From Alphaproteobacteria bacterium (lineage in GTDB: Bacteria; Pseudomonadota; Alphaproteobacteria; Micavibrionales; Micavibrionaceae): a stretch of 64,000 nucleotides of DNA. The position numbers and the translations under genes are program-made. Shown piece by piece: positions 16,571-25,614 of this stretch (position 1 is its first letter; every line of letters begins with the position of its first letter). The DNA lies in contig JAGRIJ010000018.1 in assembly GCA_020443295.1 (NCBI GenBank), positions 1,249 to 65,248 on the forward strand, in the 5' to 3' direction. The notes below the pieces were generated by a model. The model ran no database searches and had not been told where the DNA came from. It worked only from the letters and a program-made list of their open reading frames with translations.

Positions 16571-18063
16571 TCTTCAGACGTACCCGTGCCGAGAATCTTC
16601 GCTTTTGCCGAGGCTTTTTTCCTGAATCTTATCTGTACGTCCTGATCTTTTTTCAGCTTGTCAGCATCGGTAATAATTTTTCCTTCATCGGAGAAAATGA
16701 CGGTGAAGCCGCGGTCCAGCACTTTTTCAAAGGAGAGCAGTTCGAGCTTTGCCGCGGCGTTTTCCAGTTTAAGGGTTTTTCTTTCCAGTCCCAAAATCGC
16801 GGCTGTGGAGAGACGCGTACTCCATTTCTCGAGGGTCATGTATCCGGTATTGATTCGCGCTGCCGGAGGTTTCAGACCTGCGCTTTTTTTGATGAGCGCC
16901 GCTTCTTTTTTGGTCAGAAAGGACCGGAATGACGAGTGTAGGGTGTTCCCGATATACAATAGTGTTTCACGTTTTGAATCGAGCATTTTTTGGGGATGAA
17001 TCAGACGTACAGAGGCTTTTGAAACCCTGTTGAGGCGCAGATTGAGCGATTCGCGGAATAAAATATCCATTTTTTGGGAGAGTTGATCGGTTTTTTGTAT
17101 TTTCTGGTCTAAAAGACGGGCCGGACTCCCTAAGCGCGCTTCATAATTCTTCAATTTATGTCGATTCTCGGAGAGGTAGCGGGTCATGGTGTTGATAAGG
17201 CGCTTTTCATTGTCGCGGACTTGCGCCAGGAGATTCAGACGGACGGGGACGGCTTTTTCAGCGGCGCCTGTCGGTGTGGGCGCGCGCAGGTCGGCGGCAT
17301 AGTCGATCAGTGTGGTGTCGGTTTCATGTCCGATGGCTGAGATGACGGGAATTTCGCTTTCCGCTACTGCGCGTACGACGGCTTCCTCGTTAAAGGGCAT
17401 CAGGTCTTCCAAAGAGCCTCCCCCACGGGCGATAATCAGGACATCCGGTTTTTTTCCCGTTTTGGCTTTGATGGCGTTAAAGCCGCGGATGGCTTTCTCA
17501 ACCTGCGCGGCCGCGCCTTCGCCCTGCACCATGACCGGCCAGACGAGGACGTGCCGGGGGAATCGGTCGGCCAGACGATGCAGGATATCGCGGATGACCG
17601 AGCCGGTCGGGGATGTCACGACGCCTATAATTTCCGGAAGAAAAGGGATGGGCTTTTTGCGCTCGGAATCGAACAGGCCTTCGGCGGCCAGTTTTTTCCT
17701 GCGTTCCTCAAGCATCTTGAGCAGAGCGCCTTCGCCGGCCAGTTCCATTGATTCAATGACCAGCTGATAGCTGGACCGGGGGGCGTATGTCGTGATGCGG
17801 CCCGTACAGATCACTTCAAGCCCTTCTTCCGGTTTTACGGAAAGACGGGAAAGAGTTCCTTTCCAGCATACCGCATCGATGAGTGAGTCATTGTCTTTGA
17901 GACTGGTATAGAGATGGCCGGATGACGGCCTTGAAATTCGCGAGAGTTCGCCGCGTACACGTACGCGTCCGTAATTTTCTTCCAGGGTTCGTTTTAAAGC
18001 CTGTGCAAGTTCGGAGACGGAAAATTCCGGGACGTTGCTCTGGGGGATTTTTTCTGTGCTCAT
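16567..18063 (-). CDS. xseA: Exodeoxyribonuclease VII large subunit
   Basis: The 498-aa ORF has the OB-fold N-terminus [42 protein letters not shown] and [19 protein letters not shown]...[12 protein letters not shown]. Confidence 0.92.
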   Translation of the reverse strand: MSTEKIPQSNVPEFSVSELAQALKRTLEENYGRVRVRGELSRISRPSSGHLYTSLKDNDSLIDAVCWKGTLSRLSVKPEEGLEVICTGRITTYAPRSSYQLVIESMELAGEGALLKMLEERRKKLAAEGLFDSERKKPIPFLPEIIGVVTSPTGSVIRDILHRLADRFPRHVLVWPVMVQGEGAAAQVEKAIRGFNAIKAKTGKKPDVLIIARGGGSLEDLMPFNEEAVVRAVAESEIPVISAIGHETDTTLIDYAADLRAPTPTGAAEKAVPVRLNLLAQVRDNEKRLINTMTRYLSENRHKLKNYEARLGSPARLLDQKIQKTDQLSQKMDILFRESLNLRLNRVSKASVRLIHPQKMLDSKRETLLYIGNTLHSSFRSFLTKKEAALIKKSAGLKPPAARINTGYMTLEKWSTRLSTAAILGLERKTLKLENAAAKLELLSFEKVLDRGFTVIFSDEGKIITDADKLKKDQDVQIRFRKKASAKAKILGTGTSED

Positions 18064-18124
18064 GTGGTGATCTTATAATTCAGAAAGATAAGAAATCAAA
18101 TTTTTCCCATGATATACTTTTGCG

Positions 18125-21100
18125 ATGAATTTTTCCTTTTCTTCCTTTCTCTATCAGGATGAATCCGAAAGTCTTCGTGCGCTCACGAAAGCTCTTCCCT
18201 GGCCGGAAGAGCGCGTTCATGCCGTCTCCCAGAGTGCAGCCGATTTGGTGCGCGTTATCCGTTCCGGGAGGGGATCGGGCAGTCTTCTGGAAACTTTTTT
18301 GCAGGAGTACGCTCTCGATACGGAAGAGGGCTTGGCCATGATGACGCTTGCCGAAGCGCTGCTCCGGGTTCCTGACGCGGCGACCGCCAATGCCTTGATC
18401 CGTGATAAAGTACAGGCTGCCGACTGGTTGAGTCGTCAGGGTTCTTCAAAGGACTGGCTGACCCGCGCGGCCGGGATGGGGATGAGTCTCAGCCGCCGGA
18501 CGCTTGAAGGCGTTTTTGCCAAGCTGGGGGAATCGGTTATCCGGGAAGCGATGCTGAAGGCGATGCACCTGATGGGGCGGCAGTTCGTTCTTGGGGTGAA
18601 CATTGCCGAGGCCCTGCAGGGTGCAAAAAGCTACGAGGCGAAAGGATACAGGATTTCCTATGATGTTCTGGGCGAGGGAGCGCGGGATGAAGCAACGGCT
18701 TTGCGGTATCTGGAATCGTATGGGCAGGCGTTTGATGAAATCGGCCTTCTTTCCCATGCCAGCAGTCTGCCCGTCTCACGCCGCCCGAGCGTATCGGTCA
18801 AGCTTTCGGCCTTATATCCGCGTTACGAGTTTTCACAGGAGGAGCGATGCGTCCCGGCCCTCATTGAACGGCTCAGCGTGCTGGCGAAGAAAGCGGCTAC
18901 GCATCGCCTGAACCTGACGATTGATGCCGAGGAGGTTGCGCGGCTTGATCTTTCGATTAAAATTTTTGAAGGCGTTATCCGGCAGGGGGATCTTTCCGGT
19001 TGGGACGGGTTGGGTCTTGCGGTGCAGGCTTATCAGAAACGGGCGCTGCCCTTGGTCCAATATTTGGCTGAAAATGGACAAGCGTACGGGCGTAAGTTTC
19101 AGATTCGACTTGTTAAAGGAGCGTATTGGGATTCGGAGATAAAAAAAGCACAGATGGGCGGGTTTCCGGATTACCCGGTCTATACCCGCAAGTGCAATAC
19201 GGATGTTTCGTATCTGGCCTGTGCCCATACGCTTTTTCAGAGTACTGGCCGGATTTTTCCCATGTTCGCCACGCATAACGCGCACACGGTTGCGGCTGTG
19301 CTGGAGATGGCGCGCGCTGCAGGGGCGGATCCACAGAGTGATTTTGAATTTCAGAGGCTGTTTGGAATGGGGGACAGTCTATTCGATTACCTGATCAAAG
19401 AGCGGCTGGCCCATGCCAGCATTTATGCGCCGATCGGACCGCATGAGGAGCTTTTGCCCTATCTCGTGCGGCGTTTGCTGGAGAACGGCGCGAATTCCTC
19501 TTTTGTTAAGCGGGTTATGGGTAAAGGCTTTCAGCCCGAAGATCTGGTTCGCGATCCGGTGCTTGAATCGCATATCCATCCTTACAAGAAACATCCCAAT
19601 ATTCCTTTGCCGCGCGATTTGTTCGGTGATCGCAGGAATTCGTCCGGGCTTGATCTTAACGATCCGCTCAGCTCCGGCGCCGTTATCTCCCATGTTCAGA
19701 ATTACAAAGGAGATTTTACGGCACGTTCGCTGGTTAATGGGCAGAGGATCGACCCACAGTTTCCGGGAACGATCGAGCGCGGTTTTGATTCCGCTCAGCA
19801 GGGTTTTTCGCGGTGGTCGCGAATGCCGGCAGATCAGCGCGCGGGGGTTTTGGAGCGCCTTTCAGATTTGCTGGAAGAGCACCGTAACGAATTTATGGCG
19901 CAGTGCGTTCACGAGGCAGGAAAGACGCTCGCCGATTCCCTTGCGGAGGTCCGGGAGGCCGTTGATTTTTGCCGGTACTATGCCCAGGGCGCGCGGAGAG
20001 ATTTTTCTCCCGGCGGGATGCTCCTGCAAGGCTATACAGGCGAGAGCAATCATCTGGTTCTTCAGGGGCGGGGGGTTTTCGTGTGTATCAGCCCGTGGAA
20101 TTTCCCGCTCGCGATTTTTACAGGGCAAGTCGTTGCCGCGCTGGCGGCGGGGAATGCCGTTATCGCAAAACCCGCCGAACAGACGCCGTTTATCGCTTTG
20201 CGTGCGGTGGAGCTGATGCACCGGGCGGGCGTTCCGTCGGATGTCGTTCATCTGATCGCGGGGGACGGGGATGTCGGGGCGAAGATCGTCAGACATCCGC
20301 ATGTTGCCGGAGTTGCCTTTACAGGATCGACGCAAGCGGCAAAATCCATCCAGAGATCGCTTGCCGAGAAGGACGGGCCGATCGTGCCGCTGATCGCGGA
20401 GACAGGCGGGCAGAATGCGATGGTCGTGGATTCCAGCGCCTTACTGGAGCAGGTTGTGGACGATGTCTTGCTCAGTGCGTTCGGTTCTACGGGACAGAGA
20501 TGTTCGGCGCTGCGGGTCCTTTTCGTACAAGAGGATATCGCCAGGAAGTTTCTTGAAACTCTTTCCGGTGCGATGCAGGAATTACGTATCGGTTTACCGC
20601 AGTTCCTTTCCACCGATATCGGGCCTGTGATTGACCGGGATGCTCTTTCGCGGCTGCAGGCTCATGACGAGTTTTTAAAACGGGAGGGGCAGCTGGTCGC
20701 CCGTGTGCCGATGGACCACAGCTTCAGAGAGAACGGCTTTTTCTTTGCTCCTGTCGCGTATGAAATACCCAATATTGGCCTATTAAAAGAAGAAGTCTTC
20801 GGTCCTATCCTGCATGTTGTGCGTTACAAATCCGGGCAGCGTGAAGAGGTCCTGAAACAGATTAACCAGACCGGATACGGTCTGACATTCGGGGTGCACA
20901 GCCGGATCGGGACCATCCAGAAGGGTCTTGCCGAAGGGATCGAAGCCGGGAATGTCTATATCAACCGTTCCATGATCGGTGCGGTCGTCGGCGTACAGCC
21001 GTTCGGCGGGATGGGCCTTTCGGGGACCGGACCGAAAGCGGGGGGACCGCATTATCTCCGGGCTTTTGCCCATGAAAAAGTCATTTCGATCAATACGACG

Positions 21101-21148
21101 GCGGCGGGGGGCAACGCTTCTCTTGTCTCGCTCCGTGAAGACGATTAA
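18125..21148 (+). CDS. putA: Bifunctional proline dehydrogenase / delta-1-pyrroline-5-carboxylate dehydrogenase
   Basis: The 1007-aa ORF has a PRODH barrel (VKGAYWDSEIK, FATHNAH) followed by an aldehyde dehydrogenase domain (ISPWNFPLAI, ETGGQNAMVVD, GQRCSALR). Confidence 0.93.
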   Translation: MNFSFSSFLYQDESESLRALTKALPWPEERVHAVSQSAADLVRVIRSGRGSGSLLETFLQEYALDTEEGLAMMTLAEALLRVPDAATANALIRDKVQAADWLSRQGSSKDWLTRAAGMGMSLSRRTLEGVFAKLGESVIREAMLKAMHLMGRQFVLGVNIAEALQGAKSYEAKGYRISYDVLGEGARDEATALRYLESYGQAFDEIGLLSHASSLPVSRRPSVSVKLSALYPRYEFSQEERCVPALIERLSVLAKKAATHRLNLTIDAEEVARLDLSIKIFEGVIRQGDLSGWDGLGLAVQAYQKRALPLVQYLAENGQAYGRKFQIRLVKGAYWDSEIKKAQMGGFPDYPVYTRKCNTDVSYLACAHTLFQSTGRIFPMFATHNAHTVAAVLEMARAAGADPQSDFEFQRLFGMGDSLFDYLIKERLAHASIYAPIGPHEELLPYLVRRLLENGANSSFVKRVMGKGFQPEDLVRDPVLESHIHPYKKHPNIPLPRDLFGDRRNSSGLDLNDPLSSGAVISHVQNYKGDFTARSLVNGQRIDPQFPGTIERGFDSAQQGFSRWSRMPADQRAGVLERLSDLLEEHRNEFMAQCVHEAGKTLADSLAEVREAVDFCRYYAQGARRDFSPGGMLLQGYTGESNHLVLQGRGVFVCISPWNFPLAIFTGQVVAALAAGNAVIAKPAEQTPFIALRAVELMHRAGVPSDVVHLIAGDGDVGAKIVRHPHVAGVAFTGSTQAAKSIQRSLAEKDGPIVPLIAETGGQNAMVVDSSALLEQVVDDVLLSAFGSTGQRCSALRVLFVQEDIARKFLETLSGAMQELRIGLPQFLSTDIGPVIDRDALSRLQAHDEFLKREGQLVARVPMDHSFRENGFFFAPVAYEIPNIGLLKEEVFGPILHVVRYKSGQREEVLKQINQTGYGLTFGVHSRIGTIQKGLAEGIEAGNVYINRSMIGAVVGVQPFGGMGLSGTGPKAGGPHYLRAFAHEKVISINTTAAGGNASLVSLREDD

Positions 21149-21174
21149 AACAATAAGAAACTGAAAGGCGGAGT

Positions 21175-22476
21175 ATGAAGATATTATTGGTGGGATCAGG
21201 GGGCCGCGAACACGCGCTGGCCTGGCGTCTGAAAAACTCAAAAAGCTGTACGAATCTGTGTTGCGCGCCCGGAAATGCCGGGATCGGCGGTATTGTTGAC
21301 GAGATCGTTGATCTCAAAGTGGAAGATCTTGAAGGAATCACAAAGTTTGCAGTTGAAAATGCGGTCGATCTGGTTGTTGTCGGGCCGGAAGCGCCGCTGG
21401 TGGCAGGGCTTGCGGATCGTTTGCGCGAGAAAGGGATATCCGTCTTCGGGCCGAGCAAGAAAGCGGCCCGGGTTGAAGGTTCGAAAGGGTTTATGAAGGA
21501 TTTATGCCGTACGTACAAGATTCCTACGGCGGCTTACGGGCGGTTTTCGAATATGAAAGAGGCGCGGGGCTTTATTGAAGAGATGGATGCCCCGATCGTC
21601 GTTAAAGCTGACGGCCTTGCTGCAGGGAAGGGCGTTGTGATTTGTCAGACCCGCGAGGAAGCCGTACGCGAGGCGCAGGACATGCTGGAAGGCGGGGCGT
21701 TCGGGGATGCCGGAAAAGAGATCGTGGTCGAAGAGTTTCTGGACGGCGAAGAAGTCAGTTTTTTTGCGTTATCGGACGGCAAGACGATTCTTCCCCTGAC
21801 TTCAGCGCAGGATCACAAGCGTGCCGGCGATGGCGATACCGGGCCGAATACCGGCGGCATGGGGGCGTATTCTCCCGCGTACTTCATGACGGAGGAGCTG
21901 GAGCGTAAAATTCTCGGCAATATTATCGAACCGACGATCAAAGGCATGGCCAAAGAAGGGTGCCCTTTTACCGGCGTTCTTTTTGCGGGACTCATGGTCA
22001 AGGACGGGGAACCCAAATTGCTGGAGCATAATGCGCGATTCGGGGATCCGGAGTGCCAGACGCTGATGATGAGGCTCGAAGGGGATTTTGCGAAAATCCT
22101 GAAAGCTGCGGCTGATGGAAAGCTTGAGAGCGTTAAAGACGAGCTTGGCTGGTCGCCGGAGACATCGCTTTGCGTGGTCATGGCGGCGAAGGGATACCCG
22201 GGATCGTATGAGAAGGGAACGCCGATCAGCCGTCTGGATCAGGCTGCGCAAGTGAATGACGTACAGGTTTTTCACGCCGGGACGGCGCTTGCCAAGGATG
22301 GCGGGATCGTCAGTAACGGCGGGCGCGTTCTGGGGGTTACGGCAAAAGGCAAAACTGTCGCGGATGCCCAGAAGCGCGCGTATGAAGCGGTTGACCGTAT
22401 TGACTGGCCGGAGGGTTTCTGCCGCCGCGATATCGGATGGAGGGCTCTTAAGGCCCAGCAGGAGGAGGCGGCCTGA
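21175..22476 (+). CDS. purD: Phosphoribosylamine-glycine ligase
   Basis: [19 protein letters not shown]..., ATP-grasp motifs, and GGRVLGVTA near the C-terminus. Confidence 0.95.
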   Translation: MKILLVGSGGREHALAWRLKNSKSCTNLCCAPGNAGIGGIVDEIVDLKVEDLEGITKFAVENAVDLVVVGPEAPLVAGLADRLREKGISVFGPSKKAARVEGSKGFMKDLCRTYKIPTAAYGRFSNMKEARGFIEEMDAPIVVKADGLAAGKGVVICQTREEAVREAQDMLEGGAFGDAGKEIVVEEFLDGEEVSFFALSDGKTILPLTSAQDHKRAGDGDTGPNTGGMGAYSPAYFMTEELERKILGNIIEPTIKGMAKEGCPFTGVLFAGLMVKDGEPKLLEHNARFGDPECQTLMMRLEGDFAKILKAAADGKLESVKDELGWSPETSLCVVMAAKGYPGSYEKGTPISRLDQAAQVNDVQVFHAGTALAKDGGIVSNGGRVLGVTAKGKTVADAQKRAYEAVDRIDWPEGFCRRDIGWRALKAQQEEAA

Positions 22477-22492
22477 AGAGGGCTGTAAAGTT

Positions 22493-22858
22493 ATGGTTTG
22501 GCATGTTGTTCAGATCAATTGCGATGCGATCACGGATGTGAAAACGTTTCATCAGGAGTTTGCCGCGGCATTCGGTTTTCCCAATGATTATGCGGGAACC
22601 AAGGAGGCCTGGCTTTTGCGTCTTGCGAAACTGGACGATGTAAATGACCGAGTGACCGAGGTGTATTGCGATCCCGGCGAAGTGATTACCGTGGAGCTTT
22701 TGAATGTCGCTTCTTTCGCCCGGCGCTGTCCGGAAGAATTTACGTTTTGCGTCGAAGGGATTTCCTATATCAACTGGGCGCGACTGGAAGAGGGCATGAA
22801 GCCGATTCTTGCGATCGCCTTTTACGGCGTGCAGACATACGACCTGTCCGGGTTCTAG
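22493..22858 (+). CDS. Barstar-like (ribonuclease inhibitor family) protein, orphan
   Basis: The 121-aa ORF starts at ATG 22493. VVQINCDAITDVKTFHQEFAAAFGFPNDYAGTKEAWLLRL follows the barstar pattern (I..I.....fH......fP.yyG.N.DAl.D.L). The 200-aa ORF in the track includes out-of-frame purD overlap. Confidence 0.5.
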   Translation: MVWHVVQINCDAITDVKTFHQEFAAAFGFPNDYAGTKEAWLLRLAKLDDVNDRVTEVYCDPGEVITVELLNVASFARRCPEEFTFCVEGISYINWARLEEGMKPILAIAFYGVQTYDLSGF

Positions 22859-23334
22859 GTTTTCGTCCTTTTTTCCCTGAAAAAGTTTTTCAGAAGCGCA
22901 CTGCTTTCATTTTCCAGAAGGCCATAAAGGATATCCGGTCTGTGGTGGCAGGTCGGCTGTTCATAGAATTTTGCGCCGTGCAGGATGCCGCCGCCTTTTG
23001 GGTCTTTGGCGGCAAAGATTACCCGGCGCAGGCGGGCAAAGCTGATCGCGGCGGCACACATGGTGCAGGGTTCGAGGGTAACGTACAGGTCATATTCCGG
23101 TAGGCGCTGAACGCCCGCTTTACCCGAAGTTTCCCGGATCACAATCATTTCCGCATGTGACGTCGGGTCGGCCTCGGCAATCGTGCGATTCCCTGCGCGG
23201 GCAGTGATTGTTCTTGTCCTTGCATCGACCATGACTGCACCAATCGGCACTTCGTCGCGCAGGGCGGCCTGTTTCGCCTCTTCCATCGCGGTCTGCATAC
23301 AGGTAATGTCAAATTCATCAAAGGGTTCTGTCAT
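22855..23334 (-). CDS. tadA: tRNA-specific adenosine deaminase
   Basis: Zinc motifs HAEMIVIRE and PCTMCAAAI. The start is chosen at MTEPFDEFDITCMQTAMEEAK (ATG 23334), which gives 159 aa. The ORF is open to 23385. Confidence 0.9.
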   Translation of the reverse strand: MTEPFDEFDITCMQTAMEEAKQAALRDEVPIGAVMVDARTRTITARAGNRTIAEADPTSHAEMIVIRETSGKAGVQRLPEYDLYVTLEPCTMCAAAISFARLRRVIFAAKDPKGGGILHGAKFYEQPTCHHRPDILYGLLENESSALLKNFFREKRTKT

Positions 23335-24154
23335 GAGCGATGATTCTAAACAACTCCCCGAGGGCAAGCCAGAGAGAATTGCCAAAAGGCTGGCGCGTGC
23401 CGGGTTATGTTCACGGCGCGACGCGGAGCGCTGGATTGTGGATGGGCGCGTACGGGTTAACGGACAGGTGATTCACTCTCCGGCCCTTAATGTCGGGCCT
23501 CAAGACAAGATTGTCGTGGACGGGAGGGTTTTGAAGGAAAAGGAGCCTGTACGCCTTTTTCTGTATCATAAACCTGCCGGGCTGGTGACCACCCATAAAG
23601 ATGAAAAGGGACGGCCCACCGTATTCGAGCGTTTGCCGGAGGATTTGCCGCGTCTTATTAGTGTCGGGCGGCTGGATTTGAATACCGAAGGTTTGCTGCT
23701 CCTGACGAATGATGGAGAATTATCGCGCTATCTTGAGCTTCCCTCGACGGGATGGAAACGCAAATACCGCGTTCGCGTTTTTGGGACCGTGAAAGATGAG
23801 GTTTTGAAAAAACTCAAAAAAGGCGTCGTGGTTGAAGGTGTACGTTACGCACCGATCGAAGCGATTGTCGATACCGCTCCGCAGGATCGGGAAGGAAAAG
23901 CCAATACATGGCTCGGGGTTTCCCTGCGTGAGGGAAAGAACAGGGAGATCCGAAAAGTCATGGAAGCGCAGGGTTTGAGCGTCAATCGCCTGATCCGTAC
24001 CGACTACGGCCCGTTTTCTTTGGGCAAACTTCCGGAAGGACAGGTTCAGGAAGTCGATTCCAATGTTTTACGGCATCAGGTCATAAAATTTTTCGATGGG
24101 CGTACGGACTTGCATGAACGCCCTCAATCGTCAGGAAAAAAGAAGTCACCGTGA
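23333..24154 (+). CDS. rluB: 23S rRNA pseudouridine synthase, RluB/RsuA family
   Basis: S4 domain ERIAKRLARAGLCSRRDAERWIVDGRVRVNGQ and catalytic GRLDLNTEGLLLLTNDGEL. The start is at MSDDSK (ATG 23333). Confidence 0.88.
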   Translation: MSDDSKQLPEGKPERIAKRLARAGLCSRRDAERWIVDGRVRVNGQVIHSPALNVGPQDKIVVDGRVLKEKEPVRLFLYHKPAGLVTTHKDEKGRPTVFERLPEDLPRLISVGRLDLNTEGLLLLTNDGELSRYLELPSTGWKRKYRVRVFGTVKDEVLKKLKKGVVVEGVRYAPIEAIVDTAPQDREGKANTWLGVSLREGKNREIRKVMEAQGLSVNRLIRTDYGPFSLGKLPEGQVQEVDSNVLRHQVIKFFDGRTDLHERPQSSGKKKSP

Positions 24155-24705
24155 GAATCGTTTCGGGACAATATGGCGGGAGACGCATACAGGTTCCCAG
24201 GGGGCAGTCGATCCGGCCGACCTCGGATAAAGTGCGGGGGGCCATTTTCAATATTCTCGGCAGCCGGAACGTAGTTGCCGATGCCGTGGTTATGGATGTC
24301 TTTTGCGGGACGGGGGCGTTGGGACTGGAGGCTTTGTCGCGCGGGGCGCGGTTTTGCATTTTTATCGATCAGAACCGCGAATCGCTTGAGATTTCCCGCA
24401 AGAATGTTCATGCGCTTGGGGCCGATCGTGAGAGCCGGTTGATTTTAAAAGATGCGACGCGGACAGGAGCGCGCCCGGAGGCTCTTGAATCCGCCAGTCT
24501 TGTTTTCCTCGATCCTCCTTATCATAAAAACCTGCTTCAGCCGTCACTTGAATCTCTGGTATCGGGAGGGTGGCTTGCTCCGGATGCCATGATTGTCTGT
24601 GAAAGCGAGAAGTCCTACACTGCAGGATTCCCGGAAAAATTTGTTCTGGAGGATGAGCGCGTGTACAAAGACACTAAAGTCAGTTTTCTTTCGGGGCGGA
24701 CATGA
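24151..24705 (+). CDS. rsmD: 16S rRNA (guanine966-N2)-methyltransferase
   Basis: MRIVSGQYGGRRIQVPRGQSIRPTSDKVRGAIFNIL, DVFCGTGALGLEALSRGA and FLDPPY. The GTG start overlaps the rluB stop. Confidence 0.88.
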   Translation: MRIVSGQYGGRRIQVPRGQSIRPTSDKVRGAIFNILGSRNVVADAVVMDVFCGTGALGLEALSRGARFCIFIDQNRESLEISRKNVHALGADRESRLILKDATRTGARPEALESASLVFLDPPYHKNLLQPSLESLVSGGWLAPDAMIVCESEKSYTAGFPEKFVLEDERVYKDTKVSFLSGRT

Positions 24706-24905
24706 TTTATTTTATCGGCGTTGTCGGGTTTGTCGGCGGCTTTTTCCTTGGGCAGATGGTTTTATACTTTATGCTCCGCAATGTTCCGCGCGAAAAACTT
24801 TTGAACGACCCGACAATCAAATGGAAATATGGAATCCTGAATTGGGTTATTGCCGTATTCGGGTGTTATAGTATGGTGGTTACCTATCAAGAATATTTTC
24901 AATGA
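24702..24905 (+). CDS. Small two-TM membrane protein, hypothetical
   Basis: The 67-aa ORF has an ATGA overlap with the rsmD stop, which suggests translational coupling. It has two hydrophobic segments. Confidence 0.5.
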   Translation: MIYFIGVVGFVGGFFLGQMVLYFMLRNVPREKLLNDPTIKWKYGILNWVIAVFGCYSMVVTYQEYFQ

Positions 24906-24975
24906 TTTGTTGCCGTTAGACCGTTTTAAGATTAAGTTTTACTTTCCGTTTCCTAACCTGTTACAGGAGTTTTTC

Positions 24976-25590
24976 ATGAAGAAGTTTCTTGGCCTTGCGG
25001 CCGCGGCTTTGTGCCTTATGAGTGTGCGTCCGGCCTATGCCGAGACGGAACAGTATGCCTTTGACAAGCTGCATACGCAGATTATTTTCTTTGTCAGCCA
25101 TCTTGGTTATTCCCACTCCGAAGGCAAGTTCCTGGATTTTGACGGGGGTTTTACCTTTGACCGTACCGACCCGTCCAAGTCCAGCGTTGAAGTGACGATC
25201 AACACTGCAGGCCTGAACATGGACGACCAGAAGTGGGACGACCACTTGAAAAGCGCTGATTTTTTCGACGTCGAGAAATTCCCGACCATGACGTTCAAGA
25301 GCACCAACGTTGAAGTGACCGGCGACGATACGGCCAATATCACGGGCGACCTGACGCTTCTGGGCGTGACCAAGCCGGTTACCCTTGCCGTTAAACATAA
25401 CAAGTCCGGCAAACACCCGTTCGGAGACAAGTATGTCAGCGGTTTTTCCGCGACGGCGACGATTAAGCGTTCGGATTTCGGCATGAAGTACGGATTGCCT
25501 TTGCTGGGCGATGACGTTGACATTCATATCGAAGTCGAAGGCGACCGCGTTGAGCCGACGGCCTCGGATGCGGCTTCGGACAACAAGTAA
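24976..25590 (+). CDS. Periplasmic YceI-like polyisoprenoid-binding protein
   Basis: AGGAG lies 6 nt before ATG 24976. The signal peptide is MKKFLGLAAAALCLMSVRPAYA. YceI hallmarks are FDKLHTQIIFFVSHLGYSHSEGKF and TGDLTLLGVTKPV. Confidence 0.88.
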   Translation: MKKFLGLAAAALCLMSVRPAYAETEQYAFDKLHTQIIFFVSHLGYSHSEGKFLDFDGGFTFDRTDPSKSSVEVTINTAGLNMDDQKWDDHLKSADFFDVEKFPTMTFKSTNVEVTGDDTANITGDLTLLGVTKPVTLAVKHNKSGKHPFGDKYVSGFSATATIKRSDFGMKYGLPLLGDDVDIHIEVEGDRVEPTASDAASDNK

Positions 25591-25614
25591 GGATTTTTGG
25601 CTTCTTTGTGATGA

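Noticed and set aside
22256-22492. N-terminal 79 aa of the 200-aa ORF upstream of the barstar-like domain
   Set aside because: This part overlaps the 3' end of purD in another frame and is Arg/Ala-rich junk. The plausible gene starts at ATG 22493.
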